Sequence record: SRR20825019_1533
Length of the DNA: 58,277 bases
Strand: one strand, 5' to 3'
The position numbers and the translations under genes are program-made. Below, in pieces: positions 21,264-31,452 of the stretch. The stretch's first letter is position 1. Every line of letters starts with the position of its first letter. The notes beneath the pieces are model-generated. The model saw nothing but the letters and a program-made list of their open reading frames with translations, ran no database searches and was not told where the DNA came from.

Positions 21264-22223
21264 TCAGCCGTAATGCTGTTCCATTAAATCAATCAATAAT
21301 GGAATCTCTTCCTCTTTCAAGTTATTAATCCCCGCAGCGCCTTTTCGACCGCCTCCGGTTTTGAATCGCCCTGCCACTTCATCGGCGCCTTCCAACTGAC
21401 TGAGTGGTGCACGAATACTGACCAGATAATCACCATCCGCTTTCTCAGTAAGAATCGCATGAGCACGGTCCGGATGTTCATTGCTGAGCTGGTTGCTGAA
21501 CACTCCACTTACCCGTCTCGCCCATTTTTCAGCGGGAAGGCGCAATGCAGCAACGGCATCTGTTTCATGAAATGTTTTCTGAGCCCTGGCGGAATCGATA
21601 TCCTCATGATATCCCTCACGCAAAGTTTCAAAAATCGTGCTGTTCTGTGTAATGAAATCAAATGGAGTATGGTGCTTCACACAAGCCTGATATAAATCGG
21701 CCGGATGGAAAAACAAATCATCCAGACTCGCGCCGTAACCATTGTAGTTGAGGTAAATCCCAAGCTTTTGCAATGCTGAAGTCTCTTCAGCATCCAGTCC
21801 CTGTTCTCTCGCCAGCTTGTTGGCAACCGTGGTCAAATTATCACCAAAGGCGGCTGTGATGGCCCATAAATGAAACTGACCATTAAGGTATTTATCCACA
21901 ATCAAGGCAGTACACATTGATTGTGAAGTATCGATATAAGCCTGTAACCCAGGATGATTTACTCTCTCACCCGGATTGTGGTGATCGGCGTAAAAGACTG
22001 TTGCCCCTGCTGAAAGGACACGCTGCAGATCGTCATGATTATTTTTCATCGAAATATCCAGCACCGTGATTGTATCGCCTGCTGACGATTTAACATGCTT
22101 CAAAAGATTAATCTCACGCTTGATGCCGGTCAGCAGTTTCGATTCTAAGGGCAGTGCGAGTCGAAGCTGTACCAGCGAGCAGATGCCATCAGCATCACCA
22201 TTAAAAACGTCTATATACGCCAT
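21264..22223 (-). CDS. DHH family phosphoesterase
   Basis: NGDADG, VLDIS, ADHH, and C-terminal GGGRKGAAG (DHHA1-like) motifs. Confidence 0.8.
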   Translation of the reverse strand: MAYIDVFNGDADGICSLVQLRLALPLESKLLTGIKREINLLKHVKSSAGDTITVLDISMKNNHDDLQRVLSAGATVFYADHHNPGERVNHPGLQAYIDTSQSMCTALIVDKYLNGQFHLWAITAAFGDNLTTVANKLAREQGLDAEETSALQKLGIYLNYNGYGASLDDLFFHPADLYQACVKHHTPFDFITQNSTIFETLREGYHEDIDSARAQKTFHETDAVAALRLPAEKWARRVSGVFSNQLSNEHPDRAHAILTEKADGDYLVSIRAPLSQLEGADEVAGRFKTGGGRKGAAGINNLKEEEIPLLIDLMEQHYG

Positions 22224-22226
22224 GAA

Positions 22227-22826
22227 TTAATTGTGGATAATCTTTTTTTGTTTGAGATAAGCAATCACTTTGTAAGCACAAGCCTCAACATCACACTCAG
22301 CTGTATTCAAAATAATTTCCGGTGACTCTGGCTCTTCGTAGGCCGAATCAATACCGGTAAAATTTTTGATTTCACCCTCACGAGCCTTTTTGTAAAGCCC
22401 TTTTGGATCCCGCTGCTCACAGACGTTCAGCGGCGTAGACATATGAATTTCTACAAACTCACCTTCTTCAACCAAGTCACGCACCATCTGTCTGTCAGCC
22501 CGGAAAGGTGAAATAAAGGCACTCAAAACAATCAGGCCGGCATCGGCAAACAGTTTTGCCATTTCACCGATACGCCGAATATTCTCTACCCGGTCTGTGT
22601 CACTAAAGCCCAGGTCCTTATTCAAACCATGTCGGACATTATCACCATCCAACAGGTAGGTATGGTGACCCAATTCGAATAACTTCTGCTCTACAGCATT
22701 AGCAGTCGTAGATTTCCCGGAGGCACTCAGCCCGGTAAACCAGAGAATACAGGGTTTCTGGCGCTTTTGTTCTGACCGCGTCGCCTTGTTTATTTGATGG
22801 TGGTGCCAAACAATCCCATCCGTCAT
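22227..22826 (-). CDS. cysC: Adenylyl-sulfate kinase
   Basis: [22 protein letters not shown] and [10 protein letters not shown] motifs. Confidence 0.97.
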   Translation of the reverse strand: MTDGIVWHHHQINKATRSEQKRQKPCILWFTGLSASGKSTTANAVEQKLFELGHHTYLLDGDNVRHGLNKDLGFSDTDRVENIRRIGEMAKLFADAGLIVLSAFISPFRADRQMVRDLVEEGEFVEIHMSTPLNVCEQRDPKGLYKKAREGEIKNFTGIDSAYEEPESPEIILNTAECDVEACAYKVIAYLKQKKIIHN

Positions 22827-23383
22827 GACTTTACTCGATCTCCCCGCCCTTTGCCCGTTACAGTCATCAGTATATATTTCCAGTAGGTTATAACTGAGAG
22901 TTTGTCGATCATTTTTTTATCAGTTTCAGCAAGCAATACGGGAGTTGACATATCAATATCACTAACCTGGGCCAGGCCAGTGATACCTGGTCTGACACTA
23001 AAAACTCCGTGTTTTTCACGTGCCTCAATCAATTCCTTCTGACTCAACAGACATGGTCTTGGCCCAACTAAACTCATCTCTCCTTTCAAAACATTCCATA
23101 GTTGGGGCAGCTCGTCCAACTTGGTTCTGCGGAGAAAATTCCCTAGCGGCGTGATCGATGAACGATTAGCAAGATGGGAGGCGACATGAGCAGTGTCAAG
23201 CCTCATGGTTCGGAACTTTACCAAAGTAAATGGCTTTTTATGACGACCAACTCGCTGTTGCGTGAAAATAGGTGAGCCTGTATCCAGAATCCCCAATATT
23301 ATGATTAATAATAAAAATGGCAGGGTGACTATAAGCCCAATAAGAGCGAGAAAAAAGTCCATCAAACGAATAACTACGACCAT
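22823..23383 (-). CDS. Initiating polyprenyl-phosphate sugar transferase (bacterial sugar transferase family, WbfU-like)
   Basis: [32 protein letters not shown] and RPGITGLAQ motifs. Start approximate. Confidence 0.9.
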   Translation of the reverse strand: MVVVIRLMDFFLALIGLIVTLPFLLLIIILGILDTGSPIFTQQRVGRHKKPFTLVKFRTMRLDTAHVASHLANRSSITPLGNFLRRTKLDELPQLWNVLKGEMSLVGPRPCLLSQKELIEAREKHGVFSVRPGITGLAQVSDIDMSTPVLLAETDKKMIDKLSVITYWKYILMTVTGKGRGDRVKS

Positions 23384-23445
23384 AGAAAAATTAAGTTCCT
23401 TAGACAAATTAAGGCTATGCAATAAGCTCAGCTAATCTTATGAAT

Positions 23446-24606
23446 TTATTGAGTTGGTTTAGTTTCACTGAGACAGGCATCACCCTTATGCCATACAGTT
23501 CTGTTGATGTAACTCGTATAACTGGCAACAACCGTAGCAACCTTTTTAGAAACACAGCCTCCGAAATAATCCATCGGTAATTTCGGTTTACTGCCATCTT
23601 TTCTTAGTCCGATAGCAAACTCAACATGACTAATGACGTGATCAGAATTGAGCGAAGACATGGTGACAATGCCTTCATCCATACCTTCTGGCCGTTCATG
23701 ACAATCCCGAATCATCACGGCCGGAAACCCCAATAATGCAGCTTCCTCAGTCAAAGTTCCACTGTCTGAGATGACGCAGCGGGCGGACTGTTGCAATTTG
23801 ATATAGTCAAGAAAACCAAATGGCGGCATAAAACGTACTCTTGAGGTTATTTGAGCCCCTCCCTCAAGGTTTGATAGTCTTTCACGTGTACGCGGATGGG
23901 TAGATACCACGACATCCAACTTAAATTGATTGACGAGTCGCTCAAGTACCTTCAGTAAATGCCTCAATGTTTTAGGGTTATCTACATTTTCCTCACGGTG
24001 AGCACTCACCACAAAGAATTTGTCAGGCTTCAGTGAGAGTTCGGAAAGCGCCTGGGATTGTTTTATTTCTGACTCATAATATTCCAGCACCTCCGGCATA
24101 TGCGAACCGGTTTTGATGATAGTTTCGGGCTTGAGTCCTTCTGCAATCAAATACCGCCGTGCATGCTCGGTCAAAACCATATTGATATCACTTAGATGGT
24201 CAATAACCTTCCGGTTAAGCTCTTCAGGTACACGCTGGTCAAAACATCGATTACCCGCTTCCATATGAAAAACAGGAATTTTTCTTCGCTTAGCTGCGAT
24301 CACCGCCATGCCGGTATTTGTGTCTCCATAAATTAACAATGCATCCGGCTTTTCGCTGGCAAAGAGTGCATCCGATTTGCTAATTACATCAGCAATTGCA
24401 GTTGCGGGTGAGTCTCCTTTCACGCCGAGAAAGTGGTCAGGCTGTCTTATACCAAGTTGTTCAAAAAAGATCTGATTCAACTCATAGTCATAATTCTGGC
24501 CGGAATGAACCAGAACATGTTGGAATCGTTGATCAAGTTCAGCAATGACACGACACATTTTTATCAATTCAGGCCGGGTGCCTACCAGCGTCATTACCTT
24601 AAGCAT
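23446..24606 (-). CDS. Non-hydrolysing UDP-sugar 2-epimerase (FnlC/WbjD/QnlB-like)
   Basis: GTRPELIK, HMEAGNRCFDQRVPEE and SDSGTLTEE motifs; follows the FnlA-like gene. Confidence 0.88.
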   Translation of the reverse strand: MLKVMTLVGTRPELIKMCRVIAELDQRFQHVLVHSGQNYDYELNQIFFEQLGIRQPDHFLGVKGDSPATAIADVISKSDALFASEKPDALLIYGDTNTGMAVIAAKRRKIPVFHMEAGNRCFDQRVPEELNRKVIDHLSDINMVLTEHARRYLIAEGLKPETIIKTGSHMPEVLEYYESEIKQSQALSELSLKPDKFFVVSAHREENVDNPKTLRHLLKVLERLVNQFKLDVVVSTHPRTRERLSNLEGGAQITSRVRFMPPFGFLDYIKLQQSARCVISDSGTLTEEAALLGFPAVMIRDCHERPEGMDEGIVTMSSLNSDHVISHVEFAIGLRKDGSKPKLPMDYFGGCVSKKVATVVASYTSYINRTVWHKGDACLSETKPTQ

Positions 24607-25609
24607 GCATGGCCATCTTTAGTGCATCAATTTTCATCAGCAGCCGCTCAACATCCTGTTGATTGAGTCTCTGTGTATTATGCGAAGTGTAGTCCTCCGC
24701 CATCGCAATTCCAGACTCTCCATACTCAAAGAAATTTTCATAATTAAGGTCACGGTCATCGACCGGTATCCGGTAAAAACCATCATTTTCCTCAGCACGT
24801 GCCATTTCCTCTCTTGAGATCAGCGTTTCATATAACTTCTCGCCGTGCCTGATGCCGATGAATTTCTTTTCTACCTCGCTTTGCAGCAAACTCTGAAGTG
24901 CATCAGCGAGCACATCGACTGTTGCTGCAGGGGCTTTCTTAACAAAAATGTCGCCCTGCTCACCATGCTTGAAAGCATGTAAAACCAGTTCAACTGACTC
25001 ATCCAGTGACATCAAAAATCGCGTCATACCGGGCTCTGTAATCGTAACAGGCCGTCCTGATCTAATTTGATCTATGAATAAGGGAATAACCGAACCTCGT
25101 GAAGCAATCACATTACCGTAGCGCGTACAGCACATAATGGGGCCATTCTCTCCCTTCAAACGAGCCTTCGCTACCACCGTCTTTTCAGCCATGGCCTTGG
25201 ATATGCCCATTGCATTTATGGGGTAGACCGCCTTATCCGTGCTCAGAACGACAACCCTTTCCACGTTGCAGTTGACTGCAGCGTTGAGCACATTCTCCGT
25301 TCCCAGCACATTCGTTTTTACAGCTTCAATAGGGTAGAACTCGCAGGACGGAACCTGCTTGAGTGCTGCAGCATGAAATACATAGTCAACACCAAACATT
25401 GCTTGAGATAGGCTTCCGAAATCACGTACATCGCCAATATAAAATTTGAGGCGAGGATCATGATATTTGAGGCGCATATCATGCTGTTTTTTTTCATCCC
25501 GGCTGAAAATACGAATCTCAGCAACGTTTGTCTTGAGAAAACGCTTCACCGAAGCATTACCGAAGGAGCCCGTACCTCCGGTTATCATAATAACTTTGTT
25601 ATCCAGCAT
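24599..25609 (-). CDS. fnlA: UDP-GlcNAc 4,6-dehydratase/5-epimerase (FnlA/WbjB-like)
   Basis: ITGGTGSFG, FSRDEKKQ, AALKQVPSCEFYP, STDKAVYPINAMG and RYGNVIASRGS motifs. Confidence 0.9.
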   Translation of the reverse strand: MLDNKVIMITGGTGSFGNASVKRFLKTNVAEIRIFSRDEKKQHDMRLKYHDPRLKFYIGDVRDFGSLSQAMFGVDYVFHAAALKQVPSCEFYPIEAVKTNVLGTENVLNAAVNCNVERVVVLSTDKAVYPINAMGISKAMAEKTVVAKARLKGENGPIMCCTRYGNVIASRGSVIPLFIDQIRSGRPVTITEPGMTRFLMSLDESVELVLHAFKHGEQGDIFVKKAPAATVDVLADALQSLLQSEVEKKFIGIRHGEKLYETLISREEMARAEENDGFYRIPVDDRDLNYENFFEYGESGIAMAEDYTSHNTQRLNQQDVERLLMKIDALKMAMHA

Positions 25610-26477
25610 AATTGTATTGGTAATCCTGGTGAAGTCGTTCAATTAATGCCTTCCATGTTGGCGCTACATAGCCTGTAGCCTGATTGAATCGAATGGCATT
25701 TAAAGAGCGATCAATGACAATTGAATTATCAGCCTCAATTTCAATGGTTTTCTGGTATTGCTCAGCAACCAGTTTCAAAAGCGCATATTTATTTATTGGC
25801 TCAGCGGCGACATGATAGAGTCCCTGGAGCCGTGGATTGCTAATAACATAATGACCGATAACTTCAGCAAGCTCTATTGCCGGCAGTCCTGAAAAAATCG
25901 CTTTTCCATACCCTTTTATTTTTCCTTGCTGAGCGAGAAACCAATCAATGAGTGAAAGTGACGAGTCCAGTTCATGACCAATTATTGAGGTCCTTAACGT
26001 CACTGTGTTTTCGTAACTTATCAATTCCCCAATAGACTTGGAGCGGCCATAAAGATCACTGACGTCGGACACATCATCTTCTGTGTAACCACCTTTATTA
26101 CCTGAGAAGACACAGTCAGTGCTAATGTGAATGACACGAATTCCTCTTGGGTCACAAAAGCGGGCTAATTGGTGAGGAAACAGCGCGTTAACCGGCAAAA
26201 TAGCCAAAGGGTCACCTGCTTCCTGAGATTGCTTGATCATACCGATACAGTTGATAACCACATCTGGCTGAAGCTTCTTGATCAAGTGGTACATTTTTTC
26301 AATAGATGTCGCCTCAAGATCATCAAACAATCGGTCCTGCATTGACTCCGGGAAAAACTGTCGTTTGTCCGGTGAACGCACTGTTCCCCAGACTTCTGAA
26401 TCATCTAAACCTGAGCTTAAAAAACGAAATACTGAGTTACCCAGCATACCTGAGGCGCCTAGTACCAAAATCTTCAT
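25599..26477 (-). CDS. RmlD-like 4-keto-6-deoxy sugar reductase (QnlA/WbvR-like)
   Basis: GASGMLG, ISTDCVFSG, YGRSK and LRTSIIGHE motifs; clustered with fnlA and the epimerase, suggesting UDP-L-QuiNAc synthesis. Confidence 0.8.
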   Translation of the reverse strand: MKILVLGASGMLGNSVFRFLSSGLDDSEVWGTVRSPDKRQFFPESMQDRLFDDLEATSIEKMYHLIKKLQPDVVINCIGMIKQSQEAGDPLAILPVNALFPHQLARFCDPRGIRVIHISTDCVFSGNKGGYTEDDVSDVSDLYGRSKSIGELISYENTVTLRTSIIGHELDSSLSLIDWFLAQQGKIKGYGKAIFSGLPAIELAEVIGHYVISNPRLQGLYHVAAEPINKYALLKLVAEQYQKTIEIEADNSIVIDRSLNAIRFNQATGYVAPTWKALIERLHQDYQYNYAG

Positions 26478-27706
26478 TTTTTGGCCTCACGCTCTGCATA
26501 TAATATCTTCAACAAATTTTCAGCTTGCATATCCATTTCAAAATGTTGCTCATAATAATTCCTAGCCGCATGCCCCATCCGATCACACTCTTGTGAAGGT
26601 AAAGCTGCAAGCTTTTGAATTTGCGCTGCAAGGCTCTCACTATCTTCAGCCGGACAGGCCAAGCCCGCGCCTGATTGTTGAACTATATAAGCCCCCTCCC
26701 CATTAAGCGCAGCAATCACAGGTCTTCCTGCAGCAAGATATGCCTGTAGTTTACTGGGAATGGTATAGCTAAAGATTGTCTCGTCTCTCAATGTCATCAA
26801 CAAAGCATCAGCATTAGCCATTACTAGGGGTATTTCCTCCATGGGAAGACGACCAGCAAGAATCAGATTATCAAGACCCAAAGAATGCTTTTGTCTTGTC
26901 AGCCAATCACTCAGATGACCACTACCCACCAACGTGATTATTATGGTTGAACAAGAACGCAGGATTTGCGCCGCAGACACAATCGTATCCAGAGCCTGAG
27001 CCCTCCCAAAATTGCCTGTGAAAACAACATTAAACTGTTCATTGTTGCTGTTTGCTCGTCGTGCTTGTTTACCTGGATCAGGATATGAGTTCGGGTAGTA
27101 GAGCACCTTCGTTGAAGGAGCCAGTCTTTTAATGGGGTCACCAAATGCCTTGGAAGGCATCAACACCAAATCGCAATTCTGATACAGCCATGCCACCAGT
27201 CGGCCGCATAACCATAATAAAAACTTATTCTTAATGTAGCCTGTCGCCTGTAAGCTTTCCGGCCACAAATCCTGCACCCATAGTATCAGCGGGCAACGAT
27301 ATCGCCATTTCAGTCGAATCGCAGTTAATACTGAAGTCACTGGCGACGGGGTATAGCAAAATATGACTTCTGGAACTTGTTTGTCGGCTATCTTCGGAAA
27401 GTAACGCCAACCGTTCCAAATAAATGATAAATAATTTTGTATCAAGTCCCGGACTGATGCCTTTCCCCTCGGCTTCAGCGGGACCCTATGAATATTAATG
27501 CCATCATGTTTTTCAGTACTCAGACGTTGCTGATGATAGCCATCGTAAGTCTTTCCTTGGGGATAATTAGGTTGCCCGGTCAGAACAGTGACTTTAGCCC
27601 CGAGTTTATTCAACCGATGACACAAATCATGAATGATAAAAGGCTCCGGCCAGTAATACTGGCTGACCACAGTCACATTCAACGAAATTGGCTGATCATT
27701 CGCCAT
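26474..27706 (-). CDS. GT4 glycosyltransferase (WbuB-like)
   Basis: SQYYWPE, TGQPNYP, WVQDLWPES and PSKLQAYLAAGRP motifs. Confidence 0.9.
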   Translation of the reverse strand: MANDQPISLNVTVVSQYYWPEPFIIHDLCHRLNKLGAKVTVLTGQPNYPQGKTYDGYHQQRLSTEKHDGINIHRVPLKPRGKASVRDLIQNYLSFIWNGWRYFPKIADKQVPEVIFCYTPSPVTSVLTAIRLKWRYRCPLILWVQDLWPESLQATGYIKNKFLLWLCGRLVAWLYQNCDLVLMPSKAFGDPIKRLAPSTKVLYYPNSYPDPGKQARRANSNNEQFNVVFTGNFGRAQALDTIVSAAQILRSCSTIIITLVGSGHLSDWLTRQKHSLGLDNLILAGRLPMEEIPLVMANADALLMTLRDETIFSYTIPSKLQAYLAAGRPVIAALNGEGAYIVQQSGAGLACPAEDSESLAAQIQKLAALPSQECDRMGHAARNYYEQHFEMDMQAENLLKILYAEREAKK

Positions 27707-29148
27707 TATTTGTACTTCAACCTAAGAAATCGTTCCAGCGCAAAAATCATCAAAATGTTAAGCATGATCGAGCCTAATAACAGATAACTTTGCCCGGGTA
27801 CATAACCAAAGTTTGTGATCCTGAACACCATATTATTTCCTGATAGTCTGAATGCCGAGATTTCAAAAAGGCTGGCGCCGATTATCACAAATGTCATTGC
27901 AAAGAAAAGAAACAGATAAGAGCCAGGATAAAATAAGAATGCGATCATGCCCGGCAAATTCACAAAATGATGCTTACTTGTATCAATTGTTGTATACGCC
28001 GAGCCTATCATCTGGTCATAAAGAGATATCTGGCTATCAGAGTATTTTTCATTCCAGGCTTCCTGCCATAATTCCCAGCCCAATTCACCGTGGTGAAGCA
28101 CCCCCAGAACCCCCTCAATGCCTACCCAACGGTCAACAAAGAGAGGCTGGGTCATTATCAAAACTAACTGAAACTTATCTTTGATATCTTCAAGAATATG
28201 CGGAGAGTATTTTTCGGATTCTTGATTATTCGGCTCAGCCCCATTTGAGATTCCGGCTTGATTACTATTGTCTGTGGAAGTGCGAGACTCAATAGTGACA
28301 ATATTGTAGTTGTTTGCACGAAGATAATTGACGCTCAATACACTTAAAGCAAACAAAACAGAAAAAATAATGAATATGGTCGCAACATAACGCTTGTTCC
28401 ATGCAAATCCTTGCCGGCGGATCGTACTCAACAAACCATAGCCCAGTGCTGAAACATTAATCACCATCGCCCTGCTCATCATAGAAACACTGGACATGAA
28501 AGCTTCCAACATTGCCAGCACAGCGGGCATTAATGTGGCTTTTTTGTTAAGTTCAACTTCAAACCTCAAAATAATCGCACTGAATGAAGCCATCCCAAAT
28601 ATCAGTAGCCATTTGATAATGCCGTCAGAGCCATAAGGAAGATTCGTCTTAGGAATTTCACCTCTCTGGTAAATCCCGAATACGAAATTGATGCTCGCTA
28701 CCAAAATAAAGAAAAACAGAAACAGAGTGAGAATCACTTTTCTATGATTTTTGTATAAATCAAAGCAATGAGTCAGGGATAATGACGAACTCGAAGGATA
28801 TTTGAATATAAAGCGCTCTCTTATCCAGCTTCCTGACATGACAGCTATGAGACCTATCGTCCCTACAGTCAGCGCCTGATCAAACAAACTCGTATCACCA
28901 CCAGACTCAACAAAATAGCCGCCTCCATTTATCAATCTAAGAACCAGTTTCAACCAAAATCCCAGCCATAAAAAAATGGCCAAAAAGGTATCAAGAAACA
29001 AAGCATTGGGGCGCAGACCATATAGAAGCATAGCGTTGGCTACTACTGTAAAAAGTGCAAACAGCCATAGACTTCCGGGATAGAGTGGATATGACAGAGA
29101 AAACAGAATTGTTGCCAGTGCAACAACAAACAGAACCAAATATTTCAA
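27706..29148 (-). CDS. Polytopic membrane protein, candidate polymerase (Wzy-like)
   Basis: About 11 hydrophobic segments with a large hydrophilic loop, located in a polysaccharide cluster. Function inferred from topology and context only. Confidence 0.55.
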   Translation of the reverse strand: MKYLVLFVVALATILFSLSYPLYPGSLWLFALFTVVANAMLLYGLRPNALFLDTFLAIFLWLGFWLKLVLRLINGGGYFVESGGDTSLFDQALTVGTIGLIAVMSGSWIRERFIFKYPSSSSLSLTHCFDLYKNHRKVILTLFLFFFILVASINFVFGIYQRGEIPKTNLPYGSDGIIKWLLIFGMASFSAIILRFEVELNKKATLMPAVLAMLEAFMSSVSMMSRAMVINVSALGYGLLSTIRRQGFAWNKRYVATIFIIFSVLFALSVLSVNYLRANNYNIVTIESRTSTDNSNQAGISNGAEPNNQESEKYSPHILEDIKDKFQLVLIMTQPLFVDRWVGIEGVLGVLHHGELGWELWQEAWNEKYSDSQISLYDQMIGSAYTTIDTSKHHFVNLPGMIAFLFYPGSYLFLFFAMTFVIIGASLFEISAFRLSGNNMVFRITNFGYVPGQSYLLLGSIMLNILMIFALERFLRLKYK

Positions 29149-29183
29149 TTATTTCACCATTAACTGCATTAAAATCGAAAAGC

Positions 29184-30266
29184 CTAAATTGTTTTTGAAC
29201 GAAAAGAATAAAAAAGCAGACTGAGACCACCAGCCCAGAAATAAGCCGTGCTCACACCATGGACGCCAAACAACCAATACGTCAGAGGCACCAGCATTAT
29301 CAAGGCAAAGTTACTCAGCACATCCTGTCTGAATGTCTGAGTGTGCTCCAGTTGTATCAATCTCAGTCTTATGCGCTGAGCCAATAGCATTAACCCACCA
29401 CCCATCAGAGAATAGCCACAGGCCAACACAAAAATATTGATACTGTCATGCACGTACTGCTCCAGAACGAGTAGCAAACCAACAGCGATATGAAGGATGG
29501 TCAGGGCCACTATGGCATAACTTTCAGATTTTGCTCTGTCCAAAAAGGCTGGCCCAACAGCGTGTAGATAAATAGAAGCAATTATTCCGCCTATTGCAAA
29601 GGCTGCAAAGAGGTCACCAGCAATGGATTTGCCAACTAACCACACAATGGTGAGCCGAAAAATCAGCGTTGAAATGGCGATAGCAGTAGTCGAGCCGACA
29701 TGAGGGAAAAATGTTTTGAATTGAGCGAAAGTAATGGTGGTATGCTTGATTTCAAAGATCTGCAACTTGATAAAAACTGCCGGTAAGACGGCCCACAGCA
29801 GGCCTGCAGGCATCCAGTTCAGTTGGAAGAAAATTGCAAGCAGCACACCGAGGAAAATAACCGTATTAACTAATAGATAAGGCCAGGCAAACTTGTTGTT
29901 CTGTAGTCTTTCGTCAGAAGCGAAGCGTATATCAGCAAACCATTCAGAAGCTTTTCTCAAGAGAAGTAAGCTGAGCACGCTGATTGAAATATCTGTCAGC
30001 CAGCCAAGTAGATAACAGATCAGGATAGCCGGCAATAGTAACAACACCCTGAGCTTAAAAAATATTACCGACCATCCTTCTTCCCTGCTTAAAATCAAAT
30101 TCCTTGCGTTTGCCGACAAAGCATAAAAAACGGCCATTACAGCGGCCTGGGCAAGTGAAATTTCAGCAGCAAGGAGCTCGTTTCCCACCATTGCAGCAAC
30201 TATCACCAGCAGGTTAACTGAAAAGAAATTACTCGCAGCGATAGCAGAAAATACCAGTTTATTCAT
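29184..30266 (-). CDS. Polytopic membrane protein, candidate flippase (Wzx-like)
   Basis: About 11-12 TM segments with short loops; start at MNKLVF. Function inferred from topology and context. Confidence 0.5.
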   Translation of the reverse strand: MNKLVFSAIAASNFFSVNLLVIVAAMVGNELLAAEISLAQAAVMAVFYALSANARNLILSREEGWSVIFFKLRVLLLLPAILICYLLGWLTDISISVLSLLLLRKASEWFADIRFASDERLQNNKFAWPYLLVNTVIFLGVLLAIFFQLNWMPAGLLWAVLPAVFIKLQIFEIKHTTITFAQFKTFFPHVGSTTAIAISTLIFRLTIVWLVGKSIAGDLFAAFAIGGIIASIYLHAVGPAFLDRAKSESYAIVALTILHIAVGLLLVLEQYVHDSINIFVLACGYSLMGGGLMLLAQRIRLRLIQLEHTQTFRQDVLSNFALIMLVPLTYWLFGVHGVSTAYFWAGGLSLLFYSFRSKTI

Positions 30267-30477
30267 CCATAATCTCGGGTATAAAGGGGTAATCAGGCAG
30301 CCAAAGCACTGAGTGAGTGCCTTCAATGCAATGAAACCTGTGTCTCAGCCGCATTCATTCTATGAATAGAAATGGCAGGGCATCAGCTTTTTCTGACGAA
30401 AAACACTTAATTTGGCTGTATCACAGCCATCATATTCAATTAGCTTGTGTTTAGATGCCTAGACAAAAGATAAGTCG

Positions 30478-31452
30478 CTATCGCCTAAAACTCTCAGACT
30501 GAACATCTGTCATTTTCTGCAATTGCTCATCCATTGTTACCACCGGCGACCATTCAAGTAATTCAAGCGCCTTGCTATTGTCAACCTGAAGCGAACCGAA
30601 CAAACGATCAGCCACAGCCTTTTTGCCGAATAAACCCGCAGCCATCGTCATCAATGAGACAGGCACAGGTAGCAACCTGGCTTTTTTACCCTGAGCCTGA
30701 GCAAGCTTTTGTATTAACTCAGTCGTCGAGACATCCTGGCCATCGGATAACAGGAAAATCTCATTCGCCGCCTTCGGATGGTCCAAACAGCGGTTAATAA
30801 AATCAAGCAGATTCTCCATAGCCAGCAAAGAACGTTGGTTATTAACTGCGCCCAGCGGCAACGGTATCCCTTTACCCACCCAACGCATCATGCTGGCGAA
30901 GTTACCTTTAACACCTGGGCCATAAATCAATGGTGGCCGGATAATTACCACTTCCATCCCCGTCTCTTGTGCAATCTGCAGCAAGCCCTGCTCAGCTTGA
31001 TATTTGGAAATGCCATAGGGGTCGGTCGTATTACAAATATCTTGCTCTGTACATGATGCACCTCCTGTGGTCGATTCACCATTCACTTTTACAGAACTCA
31101 GAAATAGAAATCGTTTCACACTGGCTTCGGCAGCCAGTCGCGCCAGATTCAAAGTTGTTTCAGTATTGACTCGTCTGAATTCTTCAAGCGGATCTGCAGA
31201 GGTATCGCGCATGATATGAACCCGGGCAGCCAGATGCACCACAGCATCGACCTCTTCTAATATCGCACAGAGATTTCGGACATCACCGTCAAGATAATGC
31301 GTCAAGTCGCCGCATGCTATCTGTCTGACTGAATCAGGTAATATTGTTGAGATTTCACGCACTAAGGCTGAGACCTGATGACCATGTGTGTCTAGTACTT
31401 TCACCAGTTCCCGACCAACAAAACCTGTGGCACCTGTGAGCAGCACTTTCAT
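30478..31452 (-). CDS. NAD-dependent epimerase/4-reductase (WbpV/WbfT-like)
   Basis: TGATGFVG, HLAARVH, SSVKVNGE, YGISK and RPPLIYGPGVKGN motifs. Confidence 0.88.
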   Translation of the reverse strand: MKVLLTGATGFVGRELVKVLDTHGHQVSALVREISTILPDSVRQIACGDLTHYLDGDVRNLCAILEEVDAVVHLAARVHIMRDTSADPLEEFRRVNTETTLNLARLAAEASVKRFLFLSSVKVNGESTTGGASCTEQDICNTTDPYGISKYQAEQGLLQIAQETGMEVVIIRPPLIYGPGVKGNFASMMRWVGKGIPLPLGAVNNQRSLLAMENLLDFINRCLDHPKAANEIFLLSDGQDVSTTELIQKLAQAQGKKARLLPVPVSLMTMAAGLFGKKAVADRLFGSLQVDNSKALELLEWSPVVTMDEQLQKMTDVQSESFRR

